Origin: Octopus vulgaris
Lineage: Eukaryota
Reading direction: 5' to 3'
DNA length: 64,000 nt
Assembly (NCBI GenBank): GCA_951406725.2
Contig: OX597835.1
Span: 2,046,001-2,110,000, forward strand
Every line of letters begins with the position of its first letter. The stretch's first letter is position 1. This document shows, piece after piece, positions 1-13,142 of this stretch. Both the position numbers and the translations under genes were made by a program. Below the pieces are notes generated by a model. That model made no database searches. It saw nothing but the letters and a program-made list of their open reading frames with translations, and was not told the origin of the DNA.

Positions 1-1479
1 ACCTGTTTCAGTCATTTGACTGGCCATACTGGGGCACTACTGTGAAGGGTTTTAGTTGAAGGACTCCACCTCAGTACTTATCTTGTTTAAGCCTGCTGCT
101 TTTTCTATTGGTATCTTTTGCAAAACCACTGAGTTATGGGGTACAAACAAGTGTCAAGTGGTAGTGGTGGCAGGGGACAAACACACACACACACACACAC
201 GTCTTCTTTCAGTTTCTGTCAACCATTTCCACTCACAGAGTTTTGGTCAGCGCAGGGCTACAGTAGAAGATACATACCCAGTCCCTACGCAGTGGGAGTA
301 AACCAAGAACTATGTGGTTGGGAAGCAAGCTCCTTATCATTATAGCCTTGCTTGCACATATACAAACAAAAGACATGTAACATGCCATAGCTATATGAAG
401 TGTGTGTGTGTCAGTGTGTCCAAAGAAAAAAATAATTCACAGTTACTAATCACATGAGAAACAATACTTAAATGTGATTGTTGCAAAAGTTAATTAGAAA
501 AGAATTTTCTGCAATGAAGGAAGATAAGGAAAAGCAACAATAGATAACGAGGAATATTATTTTCACCCATTTTAGCAGAGACAGTCACACGGAAACTGTT
601 GTATTAATTTCTCATTTATTTCATGTGTTGCTGTGTGGTTAAGAAGCTTGCTTCCTAACAATGTAGTCTTGGGTTCAATCCCACTGTATGCCAGTGATGG
701 TGAGTGTCTTCTACAGCCCTAGGCCAATTAAAGTTGTGTGAATGGATTTGATAGATGGAAACTGAAAGAAGCCTGTTGTATGTATGTATGTATATGAATA
801 TGTATATGTGTGTGTGTGTCTGTGTGAGAGAGATTGTGTGTACTCTTGTCTTGGTGTCAGTTAGCATCATCATCATCCTACAAATGATATTGTTCATTTC
901 CAGTCTTCTATGAAAACCATGTCTGGCCATTGGGGAATATTACTATGCTTGGGAAACAGCTGAGGATTGGTGACAAGAAGGGCCTAATACTGTTCTAGAA
1001 AGATATGCCTTACCAAATTCTGTCTGACTCATGCAAGCATGGAAAAGTGGATGTTAAATGATGATATGCCAAAATTGTCATTGTATTATTTCAACCTAGT
1101 CACTGATACAAGTCCACTGTATTGTTTTCTGATGGATAAAACAGGATAGCAGTTAGTTGTACAGAAGGTCAGAACAGGATGTTATCAGCTGAATCTCTTG
1201 ACACCAGTTATCATTGTCACTTAAATATTCTATTTGTGACTTGTAAAAGGCACTTGTGCTGGTGGCTCATAAGATGCACTTGTGCCAGTGACACGTAAAA
1301 GGCACCCGTGCCAGTGACACGTAAAAGGCACCCGTGCCAGTGACACATAAAAGGCATCTGTGCTGGCGATATATAAAAAAGCACCTATGCTAGTGATACA
1401 TGAGAAGCACCCATGTTGGTTAAATGTAAAAGGCACCGCACCGATGCCATGTAAAAGGTACCCATGCTAGTGACATGTA

Positions 1480-1700
1480 CGAGGGGTGGGGCTGAAAAGG
1501 TCCTGGCCTTGGGTAAAAGGAAACACAGGAGAATCACTTAATTATGATTGTATTCAACATATTCCCCTCTCAGATCCACACACTTATTGCAGCGGTCCTT
1601 CATTTTTGCTAATCCTCCTTGTAAAAGTACTTGGAAGGTTGGGCCTACAACCAAGCCTTTCGCGATACCCTTAATGCCTGGAACTTTTCACACCCCCTTG
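1480..1700. mobile_element. Mariner-derived MITE (second copy at about 3911-4107)
   Basis: TA flanks, TIRs ...GCTGAAAAG(G/T)TCC(T/A)GG; the - strand keeps the mariner C-terminus DRCNKCVDLRGEYVE. Confidence 0.75.
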
Positions 1701-3791
1701 TACAAGACACCCAATGCACTCTATGGAGTGATTGGTGTTAGGAAGGGCCATAGAAAATAAGCTAAAGCAGACTGGAGCCTGGCACAACTCTCTGGCTTAT
1801 CAGTTCCAGTCAAACCCTCTAACCCATGCCAGCATAGAAAATGGACAGTAAATGATGATGATTTTCTGCCTGATTAAAAGCATGTAAATATTGGATTGAA
1901 AAATCTTTTATTTGTTTATTTGCATCATTATTTCTGTATGTATTTATTTATATATATTTAGTATAAACATGTTTAGGAGACAATTAGAGTGATGTGTCAT
2001 GTTTATAAAAAGAAAATGTTCTTTCACCGCCTGAAGTCACTTCTGTCGGGCAGACCTGTGTGTAGTCAATGGCAAACTGTCAGTGATCTTTGCATCTTTT
2101 ATTCTGACATAGTGTGAATACATTATCATAATGTATTGTTCCATTTTTTCTTTTTTATACTACTGATCCAATTTTTAGCATGTTGAGTGACCGTTGACAA
2201 GTGCAATTGAAATGTTTAAGGACCGTATTCGTTAAAAACTGAGTGCAATTGTCTTTATTTTACTCAGTTGTTAATGAGGATTTTCATTTCCTGTGTTGGT
2301 CTTTTTGGAAATACATTCGAAACGGAATGAAAGAGAATGTAAAGCAGAGAATATACTGCACAGCATTGGTTAATTAAATACATTCTAGCAGAAGATATCA
2401 TCTGATACTACATCCTCCTCTTCACTAACTCTAACTCTCTCCTTCTTTTCAAAGCTCCCTCTTCAGTGTTCTCCCTCTCTTTCTTCCCTTTTGCTCTGTC
2501 TGTCTGTCTGTCTCCATACTGCTTCTATTCCCTCTAAACTCCCTTCTAACTTTCACTTCTTTCCTATTTATCTCCCAGTCCCTTTATTGTCACCCCCCTC
2601 CCCCAACCTGGCTTCCAAACTTTGCTGATTTTACAGCCTGCAGTTTCTATAATTGACAAACCTGCAAACAATTGAGGTGAAGCAGCCAGCCAGCCAGCCA
2701 GCCTCTCCAAACCAATCATGCCATTTAATCTACCACCACCACCACCACCACCGCCATTCCACAAGCCTCTCCTGGCTCCTCCTCCTCCTCTCCCATCTCT
2801 TGCATACTCAGCACACATCAGCCTCCCTCCCTCCCTCCCATCCTCTTAACCTCACATTCTGCTATCAAGACAAACCTAGGAACAATAAAAATTCCAGACA
2901 TGCCAAACATGAGATGAGGTGTTGGTTGCCGCCACAGAGGTGGAAGAAATGCAAACAACATCCAAATGGAGTCACAATGCACAACGGTGCACAATGCACA
3001 ACCGATGCAATTTACACAGAGATATATTTTGCTGTACAGTTATGCTGTCCTCAAATCAACCCGAATTTTGTATTAAAGATAGATTCCAGCTGTGACCATC
3101 CTGTTTAATAATTTTTTTTTGCAGTCATAGTGTACCTTGGATCACATTATTTGATGTTTTCTTTTTGTTATTTTTATTTCACATCATTCTGTGGTTCCAA
3201 AATTACTTGTTATTTCTAGCTGGTTATTTGCTGTTATATCTCGTGGTTATTTCTAGCAGGCTGTAACAGTGTTCCCCTCTTTGACTTCCTCACTTTGGAT
3301 ATAAACTTATGATCAAAGGGCTATTCTGATCGTGATCATACTTGGCTTACTGGCACAAGGGATTCTGGGACACTGTTTTGACATGTGACGGACACACTAT
3401 TGTAAATGGGAGAAGTGGTTCTCCTGTGACACACAGAACAGTGATGAACATATTTGTATTGGAATCTGCTGGAATGTATTAAGAATAAAAAACACATATA
3501 AAAATCATTGTTTCAAATCTCGCTGTTCACGGTGCAAATAAGATTTTTCTATCAGTTGGCAGATAGAAGCACTGATCAGCAAACTGTTTGCTCACTGAAA
3601 TTATAAAGACAGTGGCTTGTTTGGGCTCAAAAGTCTGCGTGGTTCGGGCTGATGAGGCATAACATGCCAAAACAGCAGTGTTCCAGAGTCCCTTGCAAAC
3701 CGAGTGTATTATTCATGCCATCAAAATAGGGAAATGTTTTCTTGTGACGTGCATAATAGTAATTAGCTTTTTTGCTTTTGAATCTGCCAGA

Positions 3792-3849
<58 letters not shown>

Positions 3850-4149
3850 ATATACACACACACACATATATATATATATATACACACACACACACGTATG
3901 TGTGTGTGTATAGGTGAGGTGCTGAAAAGTTCCTGGTTTTGGGTAAAAGAAAATACAGGAGAATCAGTTAAGATTTTATTCAACATATTCCCCTCTCAGA
4001 TTCACACTTATTGCAGTGGTCCTTCATTTTTTCTAAGCCCTGTAAAAGAACTCCAATCAGGCCTTTTGTGTTACCCTTAAAGCCGGAAACTTTTCAGCAC
4101 CTCTTCATATATGTATGTATGTATATAAGCCAATGGACACACAAAAGTA

Positions 4150-4538
4150 AAATGTTAAATGAGGGTAAATTTGAAATGATGTACTTGGGGGAAAAGACTA
4201 CCCCAACAGCCATATTCTCTTCCTTTAGGAGAACTACTCACAAGATCCAGTAATATCAGGGACTTAGGAGGGATTGTTGACAACAATCTCAGCTGGAGTG
4301 TCCACATCAACAATAAACTTATGGCTTGCTGGATGAGCTCAGGATCCTCAGAGAGCAATGTGTCATCATTCCCCTTTTCACCTTTGTATGGCCACACTTA
4401 GAATATTGTTGCCCCTGTGGTTTCCCTTACACCAAACAAAACATTATGAAAATTGAGTCACCCATGAGAGCATTCACTAGAAAAATTAAAGGGTATGACT
4501 GATCTTGATTATTGGGACCACCTTAAAACATTGAATTG
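4150..4538 (+). mobile_element. CR1/L2-type LINE ORF2 fragment
   Basis: Decayed RDLGGIVDNNLSWSVHIN, FVWPHLEYC, RAFTRKI and DYWDHLK motifs. Confidence 0.7.
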
Positions 4539-5520
4539 TCCACTTTGGGAAGCTATGCTTTAAAGGCAGGGCTGTCCTGTTATTTTCAGCACACATGACA
4601 ACCATCTCAATGACGGTGACAAAAATATTTGATCTATAAACAAGTCTGCCTTTTTTTAAATACAAAGCGACGTCTCGTGTGAGTAGTCAAATCGATAAAA
4701 GTGCATCCTTATTCTAGGCGTGCCTAGATATCAGTAAAAGCACATAATTTCTAAAAATTCATTGTCACCCACAAAATGTTCATATCGCCTGCCAAAATCT
4801 CAAATCATCCACCATTTTCTAGAAATTCGCCCATCACCCACCTGTAAGTTGAAATCGCCCACTTTGGGAAGCCATGCTTGTTGGAGTACTGATTTCACTA
4901 GAGGAAGGAAGGAAGGAAAAAAGGAAGGAAGGAAAAAGGAAGGATGGAAGGAAGGAAGGAAGGAAGGGAGGGAGGGAAGGAAGGAAGGAAGGAAGGAATT
5001 TTGAGAGTGACAAGTACAGATGACAGCTTGGTATGGTTTGGTGTGAGAAAAATCTTGAAGCTTAAACACTGTTTCAATGCATGACTCTGTGGTTAGTAGT
5101 GTGGGGCCTTAATAATTATATAATTAAAGCACATCTAAATTGGGCTATAATTAGCTTCCCTCTCCTTTTTCTTCTTTTTTTTAATCATTTGCTGCATTCC
5201 ATTTATCTTCCTCTGCTTACATTGGTTGGTGGCCAGGACTTGCTCAGGTTCTTTGGACTCCTCCTTTCCTACTGTTTGTTAATCATTCTTCTGTGGAACA
5301 AGAAGGGAAACACTTCTTACTTTCTTATTTCGTTTCTTTTTCTCTTTAAATGGGGTTCACTTTTAGAGAGGGAGAGAAAGAGGAAGAATAATTGTGTGTG
5401 TGTATGTTGTGCTGAGAGTAATACAGGACAGGAATTGGCAAGCCACAGCCTGCAGACCTAATCACCTATCAATGAGTAAGAGGTGTTAAAAAATTCTTTA
5501 TGTTCTTTAGAGAACAGTAA

Positions 5521-5685
5521 GGCATAGGAGTGGCTGTGTGGTAAGCAGCTTGCTTACGAACCACATGGTTCCGGGTTCAATCCCACTATGTGACATTTTG
5601 GGCAAGTGTCTTCTACTATAGCCTCGGGCCAACCAAAGCCTTGTGAGTAGATTTGGTAGATGGAAACTGAAAGAAGCCTGTCGTA

Positions 5686-5728
<43 letters not shown>

Positions 5729-5968
5729 GTATGTGTGTATATGTTTGTGTGTCTGTGTTTGTCTCCCCCCCACCAACATTGCTTGATAACCGATGATGAT
5801 GATGTGTTTACATCTCCATAACTTAGCAGTTCGGCAAAAGAGACTGATAGAATAAGTACTAGGCTTCCAAAGAATAAGTCCTGGGGTCGATTTGCTCGAC
5901 TAAAAGGCGGTGCTCCAGCATGGTCGCAGTCAAATGACTGAAACAAATAAAAAAGAGTAAAGAGTAAA
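5521..5968 (+). mobile_element. tRNA-derived SINE family A (CORE-like domain, internal (TA)n/(TG)n, AAAAGAGT tail); many copies, e.g. 1-355 -, 12950-13310 -, 19795-20157 -, 26446-26855 +, 45491-45878 +, 52972-53425 +, 55870-56253 -
   Basis: A box TGGCTGTGTGG, B box GGTTCAATCCC, CORE-like TTGGGCAAGTG; recurs throughout the window. Confidence 0.88.
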
Positions 5969-7156
5969 ATATCAAAAAATAAAGTCAGTTGGAAAGAATT
6001 TGTTTATTCTTTTATTTCTTTCAGTCATTTTGACTGCGGCCATGCTGGGGCTCCGTCTTGAACCATTCGACCCCAGGACTCATTTTTAAAGCCTAGTACT
6101 CATTCCACCAGTCTCCCTGCCAAACTGCAAACTGTAGAAAAGCAAAGAAAGGAGATGATGCATCTAAAACCATCGTCTTGTCATCCTTGTCATCCTTTTA
6201 CAGCTCCTTTCCCTGCTGGTGTGGGTTCAATCTCAGTTCACAGTCAAAGGCTACTTTTAGATAAGGCAGAGCATCATGTCTCGCTCATTAAGTTCTGTTT
6301 TGGGCCTGGTTTTTATGGTTGGAAACCCTTTCTAACCTGTTTACACTGTAAAATGTTATAAATGTGTTATGCAGTAAACTGTTTGAAGCATAAAAGCCAC
6401 AACGCAGCATCATTTACTGCAAACAAAAACTAAGGAATATTTCCTCAAGAAAAATGTGATATGTTATGAATTGGGAGGGGTTAGGGTGGGTTTTTAAAAA
6501 TATTTAATTAAATAGAGATTTGCTAATTTGCCAAAATGGCATCTAAAAAAATTGGAAATGCTGTTCTACTGAGTCACTTGTCTTGCTAGAAATAACAACC
6601 AAATTTCTCTCACCCACTTTGAATATTTACTGTTATATTTAACACGTTTGTGTATATTCAAAAGTGGAAAGACTGTGGATGCAGACCCAGTTTTAGGAGG
6701 GAAATTCTTCTAGACAATGTCATCATCTGAGTGGAAGCAGCTTATGCTTTTCAAAGCATAGATTGTCTATCGGAAGAATTTCTTTCTTGAGTTGCCCCAA
6801 AGAATGTCTTTTCATGTCTCATTTTATACGAACAAATTCAATATAATTTCACTTACTTATATTTCAAATACCAGTGTTTGGTGTACCCCTATTTAATTAC
6901 ACCTACTTTGAATAGTGTGGTCCTGACTAAGTCTGAAGAATAATGGGATGGTCATAGTTGGAACGTCTGTTTCATCAGGGTTGATTTGGGATTAAGCAAC
7001 CCTAACAGCGTGAGCCAACAAAACAAATTGTATATATTAGAAATAGTAGCTAAATCTCCCTCGAGCCACACCCTGCTACTTTAATAAAGGAAGGACACAA
7101 ATATAACAACAACAAAATATTGAAAATATTCCCAATGTTTTCTTTTGCAGACAATC

Positions 7157-7274
7157 ATGAGGTTCAATAGCAAAGCGCTTGCAAGTCTTTCCTTGCAGAC
7201 CAACACCAAGTTTGATAAAGAAGGTATTGTATGGATGAAAGACAAACAAGATGGACTCTTTAAGAAAGGTGAAG
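7157..7274 (+). CDS. INPP4A: INPP4 coding exon 1 ([39 protein letters not shown]), PH domain start
   Basis: Acceptor ttttgcag|7151, ATG at 7157, donor GAAG|gtaagg, phase 1. The acceptor implies a non-coding upstream exon. Confidence 0.88.
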
Positions 7275-10200
7275 GTAAGGAACATAAGTTTTCTAATACA
7301 CACTGTGTTATACTCATCATCATCGTTTAACATCCGCTTTCCATGCTGGCATGGGTTGGATGATTGGACTGAGGTCTGGCGAACCAGATGGCTGCACCAG
7401 ACTCCAATCTTGATCTGGCAGAGTTTCTACAGCTGGATGCCCTTCCTAACGCCAACCACTCCGAGAGTGTAGTGGGTGCTTTTACGTTCCACTGGCACAA
7501 GGGCCAGTCAGGCGGTACTGGCAACGGCCATGCTCAAATGGTGTTTTTTACGTGCCACCTGCACCTTATTATATTTGATCTATGATCAAATATATTCCAA
7601 CCCTGACCATCTCCTCTTTCTTGGTCTATCTAAAACTATATTATGTACTGTATCATCATCATCATCATCATTTATGTCCCTTTTCCATGCAGGAGTTGAT
7701 AAGACCAGGGGCTGCACCACGCTCCAGTTGTCTTTTCTGGCATGGTTTTCTATGGCTGGATGCTCTTCCTAATGCCAACCACTCCACAAAATGTACTGGA
7801 CGCTTCTTATGTGGCACCAGCACCTGTATCACTTCTGTCAGGGATGGGTCTTCTTGAGTGCAGCAAGGCACCATGTTCTTGTATCCTTCCTGTTTGTGAA
7901 AGACTGAGGGTAATTTGAAGGCATTTTTGCATAACCATTTTCTTGTAGGTTAACCCTTTCGTTACCAACCCGGCTGAAACCGGCTCTGGCTCTTTAGTAC
8001 AAATGTCTTGTTTTCATAAGTTCTGAATTAAAATCTTCCACCAAACCTTAGTCACAATTTATGTCCCTAACTCTTGCTTAATGATAACGATGTTATTTTA
8101 CTTAATTCTTTGTTATATTTAACATAATTGGAAGAAACACTGAGCATCTCAAAATAAATTCAGTAACGAAAGGGTTAAATCCATTGAACTGAAGACGACA
8201 AAGAGCTTTTGTCCAACATCCGACCCATTTACTAATGGATCCCTCTTCTATCCACTGGAATCTCATCCTTTGCTCTCCACCATCCACATTGGTGCAGTTT
8301 AAGATGTGTAGTTAAGAGATCTTCTTTGCAATTCCTTTATTCAGTTCAATCCCTTTGCACTTTGCATTATGGGCTGATGTCTTTTATTATAGTATTGGAT
8401 CAACCTAACTTTGTGAGTGAAATTGAGTAGAGGAAACTACGAAAGCCCATCTGAGGTATTCTATCCATTCTTGGGTGGCAGACTTCATTTTTGGCCCACT
8501 TGGCCACTTGTTTTTGTCTTTAGCCGATACCACATTGTGGGAAATATTCAGAACTAGTTTCCCTGTTTGTGGAAAGCCTGTACTGTTTTCTACTGCAGCA
8601 ACCATAAGCAGAAGTTTCCTTCCCCATTTCTTCCTAATCTTGGTAGCCTTATAAGGGTCCATTGCACTGTACTGATTCTCTGATTGAGCCATGAAAAAAA
8701 ACCTCCTTATTTAGACTCAGGTCTGTCATGAGCTCAAGGGCTCATAAAGTTTGAGCTTAATTCAGTTTCCAAGGTTACAGCACTCCCCACTGAACAGGAC
8801 ACCAGTCCATTGCTGGGTTAATTTCCCATTTATTGCCAGTACTCATTTTTGCTAGCTGAGTAGACTGGAGCAACATGAAATGAAGTGTTTTGCTCAAGAA
8901 CACAACACACCATCAGTTACTAGGATTGAAACCATGACCTTATGTTCATGAGTGCAACAACACCTTCACTAGGCAACATGCTCTCATTGGAAAATAAAAT
9001 GAAAAAAAGTAAATCTGAAAGAATTGAAAAAAGAGGAAATGAAAAATCCACTTTTGGTTTGGAATTTAATTTTTCTTCTGATGATGGCATAATTTTGAAG
9101 AACCGATTGTATCTCTGCTGCCAGTCTTTGCAGGCTGTGTGTATCTGGTAAGGTTAGGTCATTCGGTTTCTAATACCATTGTATGGTGCAGTGGTATGTC
9201 ACAAGGGTTATCCAAGAGTGAAGTGGATTTAAAGAAAATATAATTTAAGACTTTAGGCTCTCTTGTTTTGTAGTGAATATTTATTGTAATAGATGTTTTA
9301 CACGTATTTTGTCACATCATCCTCCTTTAATGTCCATTTTCCATGCTGGCATGGGTTGGAGCACACTGTAAAGGGGTCGGTATTAGGAAGGGAATTCAGC
9401 CATTATTGGACATTCAGTTATACATACAACACAAAAAATATATATACATCCACTGGTTCAATGGTCTTTAGGTGTATATTGGTTTCAGATGTCAGAACAC
9501 AGTGTCACATGGGGTGCACCATGATGCATTGTATGCACATTGCATGTAATACACCTTGAGGGTCACATTGACAGGTGTGTCTTCACAGTGATACCCTTCC
9601 AGTAATAATACAATGGTTTACATCTCCCATAGTTGTGGCTCAGCAGTAATTTAGTCAGTTTTGAGAAGAGAAGTGAAATTTCAAACAATCACTTTAAAAA
9701 TGCCTTACTTGAAAAACCAGAGTAATGGTTGGCAGCAGGAAGAGCTTCCAGCCATAAAATACCACCTCTGTAGGTTACACTAAATCCATGCCAAGATGGG
9801 AAAAGCAGTGGAAAAATGCAAACAAAACAATGATATCCTATAGGGAGTAGGGATCCCCAACCAGTGGGCCACACAGAAAGAATAAAACAGTTTAAATTGT
9901 ATTTCTATTTTATTGACTATCACAGTCTTCTGGGTGTTTTAGCATTGTATATGTTTTATGAATGTGATGTATATGTATTATCCATGTAATGCATGGCTCA
10001 GTGGTTAGAGCGTCGAGCTTACGATCGTGAGGTTGTGAGCTCGAATCCCGGACCGGGCTGCGTGTTGTGTTCTTGAGCAAGACACTTTATTTCACGTTAC
10101 TCCAGTTCACTCAGCTGTAGAAATGAGTTGTGACGTCACTGGTGCCAAGCTGTATCGGCCCCTTTGTCTTTCCCTTGGATAACACTGGTGGCGTGGAGAG

Positions 10201-13099
10201 GGGAGGCTGGTATGCATGCGCGACTGCTGGCCTTCCATAAACAACCTTGCCCGGACTTGTGTCTAGGAGGGTAACTTTCTAGGTGCAATCCCATGGTCAT
10301 TCATGACCGAAGGGGGTCTTTATATTACATACATGACACATATATAATTGTATACCAGGCAGCACACTTAGCTGCGTTTCATCCGTCTTTTCTATTATAA
10401 AGTTCAAATTCTGCCAAGGTCGTCTCTGCTTTTCACCCTTTTGTAGGGGGGGGGGGGATAAAATAAACACCAGCTGAGTGCTGGGGTTGATGCAGTTGAC
10501 TTACCCCCACCCCTGAAATTGCTGGTCTTGTGCTAAAATTTGAAACCATTATATATCACACATTTAACACACACACATATACAAATAGTATGTATGTATT
10601 GTTTAATTAAATTGTATGTTATCCACTTTATTGTAACTTGTTGTGTGTGTGTGTGTGTGTGTGATCCTCCTGTCTGTGGAAAAATTGTCTTGTTTGACAC
10701 TGGTCTATAGTCTAAAAAAGGTTATGGAGAGTATCTTGAAAAAAAAAGAGAAAAGACAGGTGAACAAATGTTTTACAGTTTTAAAAGATCAAAAGATTTG
10801 TAACAAAGAAGAGGACTGTGCAAACCTGTTTCCCACGGTCCATGAATACAATTGCTTTTGTGACCTGAATTCAGGGCAATGAAATTAGCACGAGGGAAAA
10901 AAGAGTAATATTAAAGGTTGAGAAACTTACCTGCTGAATAACGAGGTCATGTATTCATGCATTGCATACAACGATACTCCGTCACCTGTCGCAAATATTT
11001 ATGTTGCACAGCATTAACCACATATTACATTTTATTGACTTTTATTGCTCATTGTGTGACTTGTGTCACAACTGTCAAATTCCTCCACGTTAATCACCTG
11101 TCAGTGTTACCGACATAGTTCATTCATTATATGCACATTGTCAGACCCCGCCGTAACACTGTTCATTCAGTCACGTAGAGAGACACCAAGGATCTTATGA
11201 AGACCCTGCATTCGGAACAATTCAAGCTTGTTCAGATCTCAGCGCTGTAGAGGAGGATGAGCAGTACCAGTGTGTGGGAAAGATGGGTGAAACAAATTGA
11301 GGAAGACCTGAAGTTGCAGTGCCTCGACCTTGAGCATGCTAAGGCCAGCACCACTGATTGGAGAGAGGGGGAATAACATCGTTATCACCAGAGTCTGTCA
11401 TCTAGTGGCACCCACAGCAACATATTGGTTGAGGGGGCAGCCTCCCTCTCTGGTCACCAGCTGGGAATTTGAGAAAAAGAACAACACTCTGTTATGACAT
11501 CTCCTAAAATCAATATACATTTAAAGACCATGGCCAGTGGGTGTATATACATTTCTTGTGCTATATGTATAACAAACTGAATGTACAATAATGTTATGCA
11601 TTCTATTTAATGAGAAAAATACAAGGTGCCTAAGATATTTGAGGACAGATTTATGTTTATAAAAAAACAGATATATGATAACAGATGATAACTTTATTTA
11701 TCAAAAAATGCTGTGAAGTTGAAAATTAGATCTTCTTTTCTATAATCTTATTCAATAAAGCCACCTTCAGTTTCAATAACTGCTTCATTATGAGATCTAA
11801 ATCATCTACATGCTCGAATCAAGTGGTCCTGGTTCATTTTGGACATTACTCTGACTATGGCGGCTTTCAAAGAATCTTTGGTGTTATGGGCATGTTCATT
11901 GACCTCTCTCTCAACAATGCTCCACATATAAGTCCAATGGATTGAGATCTCGGGAATTAGGAGGTCAAATGTTAGGGGCTATGTGACCATGAAAATTTTC
12001 AGCCATCCATTCCTGTGTTACTAGAGCCATGTATGATAGTACGGAGTCTTACTGAAACCCATATGGCCTTCCATTGCATACACTGTCTATCCAGGGCTTA
12101 ACAATTGTTTCTAGGACCTCAATGTAGGCGGCAGAGATAACTCTAAAGCCTTGTGGAAAGAAGTAAGGAGGCATCACATGTCCTTCATTGCTGACAACCC
12201 CTAAAACCATGATAGTTGCAGGAAATTTTGTATGCATAAAACTTGGAACTTGAGAAGGGTCTACACATAACCATCTGTCATTTCTTCTGTTAACTTTTTG
12301 ATCTTGGTCGAAGTTTTTCTTGTTTGAGAAAAACCAAATCAGATCTTCTGCTGGATTTTTCGTTTTTTTTAAGAGCCTTTTAGATCTAATGTAGTGATTT
12401 TCTTTTGCTTTTTGTAAAATAAATTGACCTTTCCTCATCATATAAGACTTATATCTGATGTCTTCGTGGACAACATTCATGAACTGTTCCTTCAGATACA
12501 TGAAGATCTTTTGCAATTGACCTCATGGATTTTCTGGGATTGTAATTAATGGTCTGTTGAACTTGCTGAGTAAATTCAGGTGTTCTGATGATTTCAGAGC
12601 ATTTAGAATGCTTTTCATGCTTTTATGCAGGTGATACACTTCTATCTTCAGTCTCTAACTCCTTACGAACTCTGTAGACAAAAGATCTGGCAACTTTTTA
12701 AAATTGAGATATTTCTAAATTGCTATGCTCAGCCTTTATAACCACAATAACAGCATACCTCTTCATTTCTGGAGTAAGCTGAGAGTCTGCCATTATTATT
12801 TTCTGAAACAAATATTATACAGAGTTAGCAAAAAATGTGCAGTGCCCCCCAAAAAGGTATGTCCTCAAATACCTTACACGCCCTGTACAACATCTATCAT
12901 AACAAACATTCACTATAAACCAAGAAAGCCTAAAATCTTAAATCAGAGGTGGTGGTTGACCCCAGTAATTATATTTTTTTTATACTTGGTACTTATTGTA
13001 GCAGTCTCTTTTGACGAACTGCTTAGGTATAGGGATGTAACCACACCAACACCACTTGTTAAATGATGGTGGGGGACAAAGAGACATAAAGACACACAC

Positions 13100-13142
<43 letters not shown>

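Noticed and set aside
1240-1478. CRISPR-like repeat array
   Set aside because: Degenerate contiguous tandem units with no unique spacers and no cas genes, in a eukaryotic SINE context.
2653-3108. 151-aa His/Leu-rich ORF as a gene or first coding exon
   Set aside because: Driven by CCA/CCT low-complexity repeats, with no supported splice link or homology.
8188-8225. CTGAAGA followed by a GACAAA/TTTGTC hairpin as a hammerhead
   Set aside because: No GAAA after helix II and no helix I pairing.
9991-10066. tRNA-like sequences with A and B boxes (also 5521, 15846, 45491, 51151)
   Set aside because: They are heads of multicopy SINEs that continue into SINE bodies and lack a proper acceptor stem, so they are not tRNA genes.
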